Assembly (NCBI GenBank): GCA_034189385.1
Contig: JAXHVD010000001.1
Span: forward strand, 32,001-96,000
DNA length: 64,000 nt
DNA from: Thermodesulfobacteriota bacterium
GTDB lineage: Bacteria > Desulfobacterota > Desulfobacteria > Desulfobacterales > C00003060
Direction of reading: 5' to 3'
A program made the position numbers and the translations under genes. A model generated the notes under the pieces. The model was not told where the DNA came from and searched no databases. It saw nothing but the letters and a program-made list of their open reading frames with translations. This document shows, in pieces, positions 8,555-17,831 of the stretch (position 1 is the stretch's first letter; the number at the start of each line of letters is the position of its first letter).

Positions 8555-11500
8555 ATGGAGTTCAATTTTGAAAACAAGCTGATCGGTGTGGCCAATCGGG
8601 GCATTCCGGCCCTTCGTGTGGGACGAACGATCAGAGAGATGGGTGCTGTCTATGCGGCCTTTTTTACGCCAATAGACAAGACCGCGCCGCATGTGTCCAA
8701 GGCAGATAAGGCCTTTAGCCTCTCTTCAGTGGGGGGTTATTTGGATATAGAAGAGATTGTACGGATTGCCAAAAAGTATGGGGTGGCGGCCCTTCATCCC
8801 GGCTGGGGCTTTGCTGCCGAGGACAACCATTTTCCTTCTATGTGTGAAGCCCACGACCTTGTCTTTATCGGCCCCTCAGAGGGGCCCATGAAGAGCCTGG
8901 GCAACAAGGTCAAGGCCAGGGAGCTTGCCAAGTCACTGTCCGTTCCTGTGGTGGAGGGCTCTGACGGGGCCGTGTCTCTTTCAGAGGCACGGGGGCTCGC
9001 CGAAGAGATCGGTTTCCCTGTCATGATCAAGAGCGAAGGGGGCGGCGGCGGCAGGGGCGTTGTGGTGGTCCACTCCCAGGAGGAACTAGAAGGCCAGTTT
9101 CCCAAGGCCTCTGGCATGGCAGAGGCAAGCTTCGGCAACCCCAATCTTTACATTGAGCAATTCCTCCCCGTGGTCCGGCACCTTGAGATACAGGTCCTTT
9201 GCGACAAGCTCGGAAACGCCGTGGCCCTTGACGAAAGGGATTGCTCTTCCCAGAGAAGGTATCAGAAGCTTTTGGAGATTACCCCGTCGCCATGGGAAGG
9301 GGCTACCCCGGAGCTGCGGGCTGCCTTAAAAGAGGCGGCCCTGAAGATGGCCACTGCCGTGGGGTATGATTCGATCATCACCATTGAGTTTTTAGTCGAT
9401 GACCAGCAGAACTTTTACTTCATAGAGGCCAATACCCGGCTTCAGGTGGAGCACGGCATTTCAGAGCTTCTCTACGGCATAGATATCGTGGAAGAGATGA
9501 TACGAATTGCCTTTGGTGAAAAGCTCCGTCTGAGAGAAGGGCAACTCAGGCCCAGAGGGTTTGCCATGCAGTGCCGGATCAATTTCGAAGACCCCCAGCG
9601 TGATTTCATGCCCAATTCCGGCACCATCACCCGGTATCTCTCCCCCGGCGGTGAAGGGGTTCGCCTCGATTCCTGCGTTTTTGGCGATTATGAATTCCCC
9701 AAGGCCTATGACTCCCTGGGTGCCTTGCTCATGACCTATGGCGACACCTGGGCAAAGACCGCCTCCACCATGGAAAGGGCCCTTTCGGAATACTTCATCG
9801 GCGGGCTTAAAACCACCATACCCTTTCACAAAAAGATCGTCACCCATCCCGTCTTTGAATCGGGCGGTGTCCACACCAAATTCATTGAGAACACACCGGA
9901 CCTCATTTCTTATGAAGACGTTGTGCCGGAACACCTTCGGCTGGCAAGGCTCATGGCGGAGATCACGGCCTTGGGGCATAATCCCTATATCGGCCTCGGC
10001 CCTTATAGAAAGCGTGCCCATGCCAGGGTAGGTCCCATGGCAAGGGTGGAGGTCTCATCATCGAAAGAGCCCTCAAGGGTGAGCTATGAGCCGCCCTTTA
10101 AGCCCGATGACCACAGAGAGGTGGTGCTGGCCTATCTTCGAGACTCGGAGTTCGTGGAGTTTGCCAACACCACCCCCAGAGACGTTACCCAGTCAGAGTC
10201 CGGAAACAGGTTCAGACTCTTTGACGATCGATTGGTGGGTCCACTGATCGACCAGTGCGGGTATGTGTCCATTGAAAACGGGGGAGGAGCCCACTACCAC
10301 GTGGGGATGTTGGGGTGTATGACGGACCCGTGGGCCGAAGCAGAGGAATGGAATAGCTTTGCCCCACATACCCAGAAAATGATCCTCATCCGGTCTACCA
10401 ATATCCTGGGATATGCCCCCCAGGCAAGGGAGGTCATGGAGCGAACAGGCAGGCTCATCATCAAGGATTATCATGTCATACGGTGCTTTGACTTTTTGAA
10501 CCACATTGACAACATGGTCCCCTTTGCCAAGATCGTGCTTCAGGCAGAAAACCGTATCTTCCAACCGGCCATCAGCCTGAGTTGGGCTGAAGGGTTTACC
10601 ATCGAACATTACCTTTCCGTCCTGGATGAGATCCTGTCCATGGTGGGTCGCATCCTGGGTTGCGATGAGACCGGGGCCTCCAAACAGATTATTTTTTGTC
10701 TCAAGGACATGGCCGGTGTCTGCCCCCCCCGCTTCGTCTATGACCTCATCTCCGCCATCTTGGACAAATACCCGGAACTGGTCATCCAGTATCACAGGCA
10801 TATCACCGATGGGCTGGCCGTGCCGGCCCTGGGCAGTGCAGCAAAGGCCGGGGCCAAGATCCTGGACGTGGCCGACGGCCCGGCCGTGCGGTTTTACAGC
10901 CAGGCGGCGGTCCTGCCGGTAGTTGCCTACGTGGAAGGGGAGCTGGGCCTGAAAACCCGCCTCGACAAAGACAGGATTCGGGAGGCGGCCTTTGTCCTAA
11001 AGCAGATCATGCCTATTTATGATCACTACTGCCGGCCCACCTTTCTGGGTCCGGATCACGATGTGACCCGCCACGGCCTTCCCGGGGGCGCTACTTCGAG
11101 CAGTCAGGAAGCAGCCTTGAAGCAAGGATACGCTTTTTTGCTTCCCCATATTTTGCTTATCCTTGAACTGGTTCGAAAGCTTATCCGCTACCACGATGTG
11201 ACCCCTGGCTCTCAGATTACCTGGACAAACGGGTACATGATGGCCGTGAAGGCCTACGAGCGCGGGGGATTAGGAGAAGTTGATCGGATGATCGATCTTC
11301 TAAAGACCGTTACCTCCACAAAGGAGGCCGCACTGGACGATGACGTGAAGAAAGACCGCCTGGTCCTATTTTCCCATGCAAACGATGCCTTAAAGAACCT
11401 TCTTTTGGGAAAGTTCGGCAAGCTTCCCCTTGGCTGGCCTGCTGACTGGATCTACGAGTCGGTCTTTGGTGAAAACTGGCCCGACGCACAGGCCCAGCGT

Positions 11501-12229
11501 ACAGAGGAGAGTCCTCTTACCTTCTTGCCTCCCGTGGACATGGAGGCCATTGAGAAAGAGCTGGCCGGGCACATCGGACGAGCGCCCACGGAAAATGAAA
11601 TCGTCAACTATCTTAATCACCCGGGAGATGCCCTGAAGCTCATAAAGAACCTGGAGAAGTATGGAGAGCCCAACGTCTTGCCCGATGACATCTGGTTTGA
11701 AGGGCTTGTGCCTGGGGTAGAGCGGGAGTTTGTCAAATCCGATGGAAAGGTGCACACCGTAAAGATCATACGGGTGGGTAGAGTCCGCCCCAGCGGCACA
11801 AGAAGGGTGCGGTATAAGCTCGACTATGAAGTCTTTGTGGAAGATGTGAAAGTGGCCGAGTCGGTGGAGGCAGGGCCCGGGCGTGAAATGGCTGACAAGA
11901 AAAACCCTTATCATATTGCGGCCCCCTTTGATGCAGACCTGTGGCTCGTGCACAAAAAGGAGGGCCATTCTGTCAAGGCCGGAGAAGAGGTCTTGAACCT
12001 CTCTATTATGAAGACGGAGTGCGCTGTTACTTCCTCTGTAGACGGGGTAGTAAAAAGGGTCGTGGTTTTTGCCGATTACAAGGCCGATAAAAAAATGGTT
12101 TCTGTGAAAAAGGACCAGCTCCTCATGGAGCTAGCCCCGCCTCTTGAACGATGCCCCAGTTGTAATGCTGGCATTGAAGAGGAGTACAGATTTTGTCCGA
12201 AATGTGGGCACAACCTCAAAAGCCCGTGA
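8555..12229 (+). CDS. pyc: Pyruvate carboxylase (single chain) with C-terminal zinc ribbon
   Basis: Biotin carboxylase (ANRGI, HPGWGF, GGGGRG, EANTRLQVEH), carboxyltransferase (TTPRDVTQS, KDMAG, HRH), biotinyl IMKTE, and terminal CPSC...CPKC. Confidence 0.93.
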   Translation: MEFNFENKLIGVANRGIPALRVGRTIREMGAVYAAFFTPIDKTAPHVSKADKAFSLSSVGGYLDIEEIVRIAKKYGVAALHPGWGFAAEDNHFPSMCEAHDLVFIGPSEGPMKSLGNKVKARELAKSLSVPVVEGSDGAVSLSEARGLAEEIGFPVMIKSEGGGGGRGVVVVHSQEELEGQFPKASGMAEASFGNPNLYIEQFLPVVRHLEIQVLCDKLGNAVALDERDCSSQRRYQKLLEITPSPWEGATPELRAALKEAALKMATAVGYDSIITIEFLVDDQQNFYFIEANTRLQVEHGISELLYGIDIVEEMIRIAFGEKLRLREGQLRPRGFAMQCRINFEDPQRDFMPNSGTITRYLSPGGEGVRLDSCVFGDYEFPKAYDSLGALLMTYGDTWAKTASTMERALSEYFIGGLKTTIPFHKKIVTHPVFESGGVHTKFIENTPDLISYEDVVPEHLRLARLMAEITALGHNPYIGLGPYRKRAHARVGPMARVEVSSSKEPSRVSYEPPFKPDDHREVVLAYLRDSEFVEFANTTPRDVTQSESGNRFRLFDDRLVGPLIDQCGYVSIENGGGAHYHVGMLGCMTDPWAEAEEWNSFAPHTQKMILIRSTNILGYAPQAREVMERTGRLIIKDYHVIRCFDFLNHIDNMVPFAKIVLQAENRIFQPAISLSWAEGFTIEHYLSVLDEILSMVGRILGCDETGASKQIIFCLKDMAGVCPPRFVYDLISAILDKYPELVIQYHRHITDGLAVPALGSAAKAGAKILDVADGPAVRFYSQAAVLPVVAYVEGELGLKTRLDKDRIREAAFVLKQIMPIYDHYCRPTFLGPDHDVTRHGLPGGATSSSQEAALKQGYAFLLPHILLILELVRKLIRYHDVTPGSQITWTNGYMMAVKAYERGGLGEVDRMIDLLKTVTSTKEAALDDDVKKDRLVLFSHANDALKNLLLGKFGKLPLGWPADWIYESVFGENWPDAQAQRTEESPLTFLPPVDMEAIEKELAGHIGRAPTENEIVNYLNHPGDALKLIKNLEKYGEPNVLPDDIWFEGLVPGVEREFVKSDGKVHTVKIIRVGRVRPSGTRRVRYKLDYEVFVEDVKVAESVEAGPGREMADKKNPYHIAAPFDADLWLVHKKEGHSVKAGEEVLNLSIMKTECAVTSSVDGVVKRVVVFADYKADKKMVSVKKDQLLMELAPPLERCPSCNAGIEEEYRFCPKCGHNLKSP

Positions 12230-12261
12230 CGATAATCATTGCCCGGGTCCCAGGGAGGCGT

Positions 12262-12517
12262 ATGTTAGCCGGGGCCATGAGAATAAAGGATTTAGGGAAT
12301 CAAAAGCTTCCAACGGCGCCAGGAGAAGGCCATCAAAGGCATTCGCGGGGAAAAGGAGAAAGACCAGGCTGTGAAAGAAGGCCGAGCTAAAGGGCGCAGC
12401 CTTGAGGCTGTTTTGCTCAAGGCAGCTTTCGTTGTGATCCTTTTGGCGGCTGCGGTCCTCTTTGTGCTCAACAACTACTTTCCAGCGGCTGCGGACCGTC
12501 TTTTCGGCTCTATGTGA
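12262..12517 (+). CDS. Small single-TM protein, frameshifted or with a later GTG start
   Basis: A frame not in the ORF track reads IKSFQRRQEKAIKG...LLKAAFVVILLAAAVLFVLNNYFPAAADRLFGSM*. An RBS-backed ATG at 12262 is one base out of frame at GGG 12295-12297. Confidence 0.4.
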
Positions 12518-13545
12518 GGCATTGCCACGTGGCGAAAATGGCTCGGGCCTTCATACTAAGCTTTGTGGTCCTATTGATGCACATTTGGGCGGAGCCGGCC
12601 TGGGGCAATGCGGCAGGCCATATATGGGGGGTGCAATTTGAAAACGATTTTTTTGGCGGCGGCACGGACAGACATTTTACCCATGGCACGCGTGTGAGCC
12701 ACCTTACCAAGCCCATCCCGTGGATGACGAAGGCTGCTGACAGACTTCCCTGGTTTAGCGCTGAGGAGGCCCGTGAGGATGACGCAGGCCGATTGAAGGC
12801 ACGGGCCACCATCTCTCTTGGTCAGAACATTTATACGCCGGAAGATATTGCTGTTCGCGAAATGATAAAAGAGGACCGTCCTTATGCTGGCTGGCTTTAC
12901 GCGGGCTTTGGACTGGTCATCAATCGAGATGACAAGCGCTATGATCAGGTTGAACTGGATGTGGGCGTCGTTGGCCCCTCCTCGTTTGCCGAAGATGTGC
13001 AGAAGAAATGGCATAGCATATTCGGATTGCAGCGTCCCAATGGTTGGAACCATCAATTGGACGACGAGTTGGGTGTTGCCCTCTTCTATGAACAGGCGCG
13101 TCGGTTTCATACAAAAGAAGCGATCTGCGGCCTACAGTGTGATGTCATCCCCCATCTTGGCGGGGCCGTGGGTAATGTTTTTACCTATGCTGCCGCAGGG
13201 TTGACCATGAGGCTAGGACTGAACCTCGAAGATGATTTCGGCTCGCCCCGCATCCGGCCAAGTCTGCCGGGCGCCGGGTATTATCAGCGCCAAGACTTCA
13301 ACTTTTACCTGTTCGCTGGTGGGGAGGCGCGTGCGGTCTTGCACAACATATTTCTTGACGGCAACACCTTTGCCGAAAGCCATTCCGTGGACCGGAAGCC
13401 TTTGGTCGGGGACGTTCAGGTAGGCATTGCCGTGCAGGTAAGCCGTTTTCGCATAACCTACACCCAGATATACCGGACCAAGGAGTACGACGGACAAGAC
13501 AGCGCTGACCAGTTTGGCGCCCTGAGCCTTTCGTTAGAGTTCTGA
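12514..13545 (+). CDS. lpxR: Lipid A 3-O-deacylase LpxR family outer-membrane protein
   Basis: FENDFF...TDRHFTHG, GQNIYTP, DRPYAGWLY, GWNHQL and NIFLDGN motifs; C-terminal Phe. Confidence 0.88.
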   Translation: MRHCHVAKMARAFILSFVVLLMHIWAEPAWGNAAGHIWGVQFENDFFGGGTDRHFTHGTRVSHLTKPIPWMTKAADRLPWFSAEEAREDDAGRLKARATISLGQNIYTPEDIAVREMIKEDRPYAGWLYAGFGLVINRDDKRYDQVELDVGVVGPSSFAEDVQKKWHSIFGLQRPNGWNHQLDDELGVALFYEQARRFHTKEAICGLQCDVIPHLGGAVGNVFTYAAAGLTMRLGLNLEDDFGSPRIRPSLPGAGYYQRQDFNFYLFAGGEARAVLHNIFLDGNTFAESHSVDRKPLVGDVQVGIAVQVSRFRITYTQIYRTKEYDGQDSADQFGALSLSLEF

Positions 13546-13640
13546 CGCGGGATACCTTAGATTTCCCGTACCCTCGGCGTTTCTTGGGTTGGGGGTCATC
13601 ATACCTCTATCTTATTGCTAGGGTGCAAGGAGGACTTACT

Positions 13641-14543
13641 ATGAAGACGCTTATATGTGTGGACGGAGGGGAGAATGCCCTGAAGGCTGTCAGACTGGCA
13701 GGGCGGTTTGCCTGTACCGTAAGTGAAGAAGCCACTTTTCTTCATGTGCAGAGACACAGGTCCCAGACTCGGACCCAGCCCCTTGTACCCCAAACGATCG
13801 CCATATCTGCGGAGCAGTGGAGGCAGACTCCGGAGATGAAATCTCTCCTTGAGGCCGAGGACGTTTTTAAGAAGACCCGCACATGGGAAGAACATAGGGC
13901 CGAATTGGGAGAGCCCCAGACCGCCCTTATACAAGTTGGCGATGGCGTCTTGGAAGTGGGAAGAGTTCAGCTGGGATCTGACTCGGGAGTCCATCTGAGG
14001 ATCCGGCCAGGGGTTCCTCAAGAGGAAATACTGGCCGAATTGGAAGAGGCCCGATATGACCTTGCGATTCTGGGCGCTCATCGAATCCCTGGATGCGCAT
14101 GGTCTGAGATCGAGAACGGCCCCCTGTATGTGGCCCAGAAGGCTCAGCTCCCAGTTATGGTGATAGGTAGGGAATTTGAAGAAGGTCAACCGTTGTTAGT
14201 CTGTGTTGGAGAAAAGGACCCTCCAGAGTCCACCCTGGAGCTGGTTCGGGTCGCAGCCACAAGGATGAAGACGGACATTGATGTCCTGAGGGTACTCAAG
14301 AGCCCAGACCCCGGCTTCTCCTTTAGTGAAAAGGTCTCTTTCATGATGGAGAGGTGGTTAGCCAGTGGGCTGAAGGTAACGCCGAAGGTTGCGGCAGGGG
14401 ACCCTGTCACCATGATTTCCGAAATGGCGCCTGACTATGGCCTCATTGTATGTTCTTTTGCTGACAAACATAAGAAGGGGCGCCTGGGGAAGGTCACTAA
14501 GAACGTCCTTTGCAGTCAGTTCAATCTACTTGTTACAAGATGA
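13641..14543 (+). CDS. Universal stress protein (tandem USP domains)
   Basis: MKTLICVDGGENALKAV start, G.P.EEIL...YDLAILG, GRLGKVTKNVL; AGGAGG RBS. Confidence 0.8.
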   Translation: MKTLICVDGGENALKAVRLAGRFACTVSEEATFLHVQRHRSQTRTQPLVPQTIAISAEQWRQTPEMKSLLEAEDVFKKTRTWEEHRAELGEPQTALIQVGDGVLEVGRVQLGSDSGVHLRIRPGVPQEEILAELEEARYDLAILGAHRIPGCAWSEIENGPLYVAQKAQLPVMVIGREFEEGQPLLVCVGEKDPPESTLELVRVAATRMKTDIDVLRVLKSPDPGFSFSEKVSFMMERWLASGLKVTPKVAAGDPVTMISEMAPDYGLIVCSFADKHKKGRLGKVTKNVLCSQFNLLVTR

Positions 14544-14559
14544 TGTCACCATAGGGCCT

Positions 14560-14654
14560 CATCTTTGTGATGGTGGCGCATCTTTGTGATGGTGGCGCAT
14601 CTTTGTGATGGTGGCGCATCTTTGTGATGGTGGCGCATCTTTGTGATGGTGGCG
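14560..14654. repeat. Perfect tandem repeat, 5 x 19 bp (CATCTTTGTGATGGTGGCG)
   Basis: Five identical contiguous copies with no spacers. Confidence 0.98.
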
Positions 14655-14664
14655 CCGGGGGGAT

Positions 14665-15072
14665 GTGCGCATGATTACTGTGACGGCAGGGGTGCTGTTC
14701 AGAGAGACCAGGGTCTTCATTGCCAAAAGGAAATCCGTGGGAAGGCTTGCCGGCAAATGGGAGTTTCCCGGAGGCAAGGTTGAGGACGGTGAGACGGCAG
14801 AGGAAAGCCTAAAGAGGGAACTGAAAGAAGAGCTTGAGATAGAGGCCGTGGTGGGAGATTGCCTCGGAGAGCGTATCCATCGCTATGACTTTGGCACCGT
14901 AAAGGTGTTATTTTTCAGGGTCCACTGGGCCGGTGGAGAGATTCACTCAAAAGACCATGACCAATATGGCTGGGTCCCTTTGGATGAATTGAGTCGCTAC
15001 GATTTCGTCCCAGCAGACCGGCCCTTCGTAAAAAGGCTTATGAACGGAGACTGTGGACGAGGGGATAGCTGA
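14665..15072 (+). CDS. mutT: NUDIX hydrolase, MutT-like (d)NTP pyrophosphohydrolase
   Basis: GKWEFPGGKVEDGETAEESLKRELKEELEI Nudix box; C-terminal PAD. Confidence 0.85.
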   Translation: MRMITVTAGVLFRETRVFIAKRKSVGRLAGKWEFPGGKVEDGETAEESLKRELKEELEIEAVVGDCLGERIHRYDFGTVKVLFFRVHWAGGEIHSKDHDQYGWVPLDELSRYDFVPADRPFVKRLMNGDCGRGDS

Positions 15073-15289
15073 TGCCATCGGGGGCCATTGCAAGATAACG
15101 CCGGATCGGAATAGATGTTGACCTGACAGGCTGTGTAGAAAGTGGCAAGAAGACTTTTTTGCAGAAATGTTGTGGCCTTTGGGTACCAGACACGCTATAG
15201 AAAGAGCGTTGCCTCTACGTAGGGGTTTTCCTCTACACTTATCTGCTGAGAGACAGAAGGCCCAAGACCTTTTCTGGGATGAGAGAGAC

Positions 15290-16642
15290 ATGGGCATCGC
15301 CGCACACGTTGAAGAGAGAATCGAACAGAAGAAGACTGATTACACCCATTACGGGTTCACCAGTGTTGAGAGCCAAGCCCTGAAAACGTATTTTGACCTG
15401 GCTCAGGAGTTTGAGAGGCTTGAGGACATCTATCAGGTGTCTGTGGCTATACCAAAATTGTATTTTGACCTGGAGGCCAGACTCTATCTGATGGACCTTG
15501 AGAAGAAGCGCCTTTGCCTGGTGGCAAAAACGGATGAAGGCGAAGGGGAGATCGGTGGTCCTCCTCCCACAGAGATCAAGCCTGCCCAGGGTGCATATCG
15601 CGTAAACCGCTCCATGATCCTTACCATAAGAGGGAACAGGCAGTTTGTAGAACAGTTCCCCTTTGGGCCAGAGAAAGATCTCATCGGCATCCTGGAAGTG
15701 TATCCGGTCGAGGAGCAGAATACCCACCAGGAGCTTTTCTTTGAAAAATACGCCAATCGCATCGGCTTCAGTCTACATATTCGTTCTTTGCTGCGGAAGA
15801 ATATGGAACACTTAGAATTCATCCAGGGATTGGTAGCCGATATCGAACACAATGTGATTGTTCCCAATATGTTGTACCGGCTGTTCTTGAGACGTCTGAG
15901 CGGCAAGATTCAGAAAAACAGGGAAATTGAAAAACTGCTGAAGTCCTTTCCTTTGGGAGATACCCCATTGTGTAAGAAAGAGCTGGAACCCATTCTGGCA
16001 GAGTTGGCAGAAGTCAATCGTGGTCTTACGGAGGAGTTTCGGAGTATTAAAAAGCATTATCACAGCACAAGCCTTTTCCTTGAGACCTTGCTTCGAAGGA
16101 GTCATTTTGACGAAGGCAGACTCACTCTTCGGACCAAGGCCTGCAACATGAAAAAGGCGGTGGTGCAGCCCCAGCTTGAAAGATTTGAGGAACGGTTTGC
16201 TGAAAGGGGCATAGCAATAGACGACAAATATAGTGGCATCCCTGACGAAGAGACGATATCTGTAGTGGACATCGGCTTGATGGCACAAGTGTATGCCAAT
16301 CTTTTTTCTAACGCTCTGAAGTACACTCACGAAATAACCAATGATGCAGGGGAACAGAAGAAATACATCGCCTATGGAAGGGAGTTCATGAAAGACTATT
16401 TTGGTCCGGGAAAAGATGGTATCAAGTATAATGTCTTTAGCACGGGGCTTCACATTGCACCTGAAGAAAGAGAAAGGATTTTTGAGGTGGGTTACAGGGG
16501 TTCCAACGCCTCCAATAGGCCGGGCACCGGACACGGCCTGGCATTTGTGCGAAACGCAGTAGAAATACACGGTGGGGTGGCAGGCTACGAGGCGAGTCCT
16601 TCTGGAAATAACTTTTACTTCATCCTTCCTGTGCGGCATTAA
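15290..16642 (+). CDS. Cytoplasmic sensor histidine kinase (atypical H-box)
   Basis: DIEHNVIVP H-box, YANLFSNALKY N-box, RIFEVGYRG, GTGHGLAFV G2-box. Confidence 0.85.
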   Translation: MGIAAHVEERIEQKKTDYTHYGFTSVESQALKTYFDLAQEFERLEDIYQVSVAIPKLYFDLEARLYLMDLEKKRLCLVAKTDEGEGEIGGPPPTEIKPAQGAYRVNRSMILTIRGNRQFVEQFPFGPEKDLIGILEVYPVEEQNTHQELFFEKYANRIGFSLHIRSLLRKNMEHLEFIQGLVADIEHNVIVPNMLYRLFLRRLSGKIQKNREIEKLLKSFPLGDTPLCKKELEPILAELAEVNRGLTEEFRSIKKHYHSTSLFLETLLRRSHFDEGRLTLRTKACNMKKAVVQPQLERFEERFAERGIAIDDKYSGIPDEETISVVDIGLMAQVYANLFSNALKYTHEITNDAGEQKKYIAYGREFMKDYFGPGKDGIKYNVFSTGLHIAPEERERIFEVGYRGSNASNRPGTGHGLAFVRNAVEIHGGVAGYEASPSGNNFYFILPVRH

Positions 16643-16677
16643 GAAGGGTATCTTGTTACGGACAAACAGGGTTCCAC

Positions 16678-17172
16678 ATGTTTACGATTAGAGACATTAT
16701 TGATTTGGCCATCCAGATAGAAGAGAACGGCGAAAGGGTCTATCGAAAAGCCGCTCAAAAGGTCTCTGCCACGTCCATCGCTGCCTTGCTTCTCCAGCTG
16801 GCCGATGATGAGGTGAAGCACGCCAAATGGTTCTCCGATATGAAAGAGAAGGTGACGAGGAGCGTAGACGATTCCGAGGTAGAGGAAAGAGGGAAGAGAG
16901 TCTTGCAGGGCATCCTCGGAGACCAGAGCTTTTCACTCAAAGACGCAGATTTTGCAAGTATCGAAGAGGTGGAAGGTCTCCTTAGGGTGGCCATTGAGTT
17001 TGAAGAAGACACGGTGCTCTTCTATGAGATGATTCGGTCCTTTGTTGATGATAAAGAGACGTTGGACCATTTGGACACCATCATTGAAGAAGAAAACCAC
17101 CATGTCTCACTCTTAAAGAGGTCTCTGCTGACGCTCCATGACTCATCCGTTTTGGCGAAGACTTCTCAGTGA
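16678..17172 (+). CDS. Ferritin-like/rubrerythrin-domain protein
   Basis: AIQIEENG...LADDEVKH and AIEFEEDT...EEENHH diiron motifs. Confidence 0.9.
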   Translation: MFTIRDIIDLAIQIEENGERVYRKAAQKVSATSIAALLLQLADDEVKHAKWFSDMKEKVTRSVDDSEVEERGKRVLQGILGDQSFSLKDADFASIEEVEGLLRVAIEFEEDTVLFYEMIRSFVDDKETLDHLDTIIEEENHHVSLLKRSLLTLHDSSVLAKTSQ

Positions 17173-17556
17173 CGTTGTCTCCGCAATGTGTCTTAGTTTG
17201 TACGACAGGTCTGCTGCTTTAAAAGGCTTTTCGATAAACCCGTGGATGCCTATACGAGCTGCCTCGGACACGAGGTCGCTGTCTCCATAGGTCGTGACCA
17301 GTATCTTCATAATATCGTAATGAGACGCTCTTACCAGCCTGAATAGCTCTAGCCCATCCATGTCCGGTAGCCTATAATCGGTGATGACGATGTCGAAATC
17401 CTGGCCGCGAAGAGCGTTTAGTGCTTCTTCGCCAGTCTCAAAGGCGAGAAATTGGCACCACTCTCCCTCAAAAAAGAGACTCAAAGAGTCTCTTATCCAC
17501 TCGTCACCGTCTACAAACAGGATCTTCGGCTTTCTCAACTTGGTCTTTAGGCCCAT
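17143..17556 (-). CDS. Stand-alone response regulator receiver
   Basis: ILFVDGD, ITDYRLPDMDG, FIEKPF. Confidence 0.85.
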   Translation of the reverse strand: MGLKTKLRKPKILFVDGDEWIRDSLSLFFEGEWCQFLAFETGEEALNALRGQDFDIVITDYRLPDMDGLELFRLVRASHYDIMKILVTTYGDSDLVSEAARIGIHGFIEKPFKAADLSYKLRHIAETTSLRSLRQNG

Positions 17557-17831
17557 AACGTAAGATGCCGTTTACAGAAGAAGCAGAAAGGGTCGGCACT
17601 GCCCATTTGGATCTGGCGTGCCATGAATTGGTAACGTTCAAAAGTTGAGGCAAAGGCCTTCAGCGGGCAGTTAGAGAGATAGGGATGATCGCTGAACGCA
17701 GGCATACAGCCGTTGCCATCTACACAAATGGCATGGGCTACCTAAAGGCATTGGATGCCGAAGAGAAGCGATTATCCCTATCTCGAAGTTGGTTGTCCAG
17801 AAATCCACTCAGTCAACACTTTTGAACGTTA

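Noticed and set aside
14560..14654. CRISPR array
   Set aside because: Units are contiguous with no spacers, only 19 bp long, and no cas genes are present.
17608..17624. Sigma54 promoter for the stand-alone receiver gene
   Set aside because: TGGCAC is present but the -12 position reads CC rather than GC.
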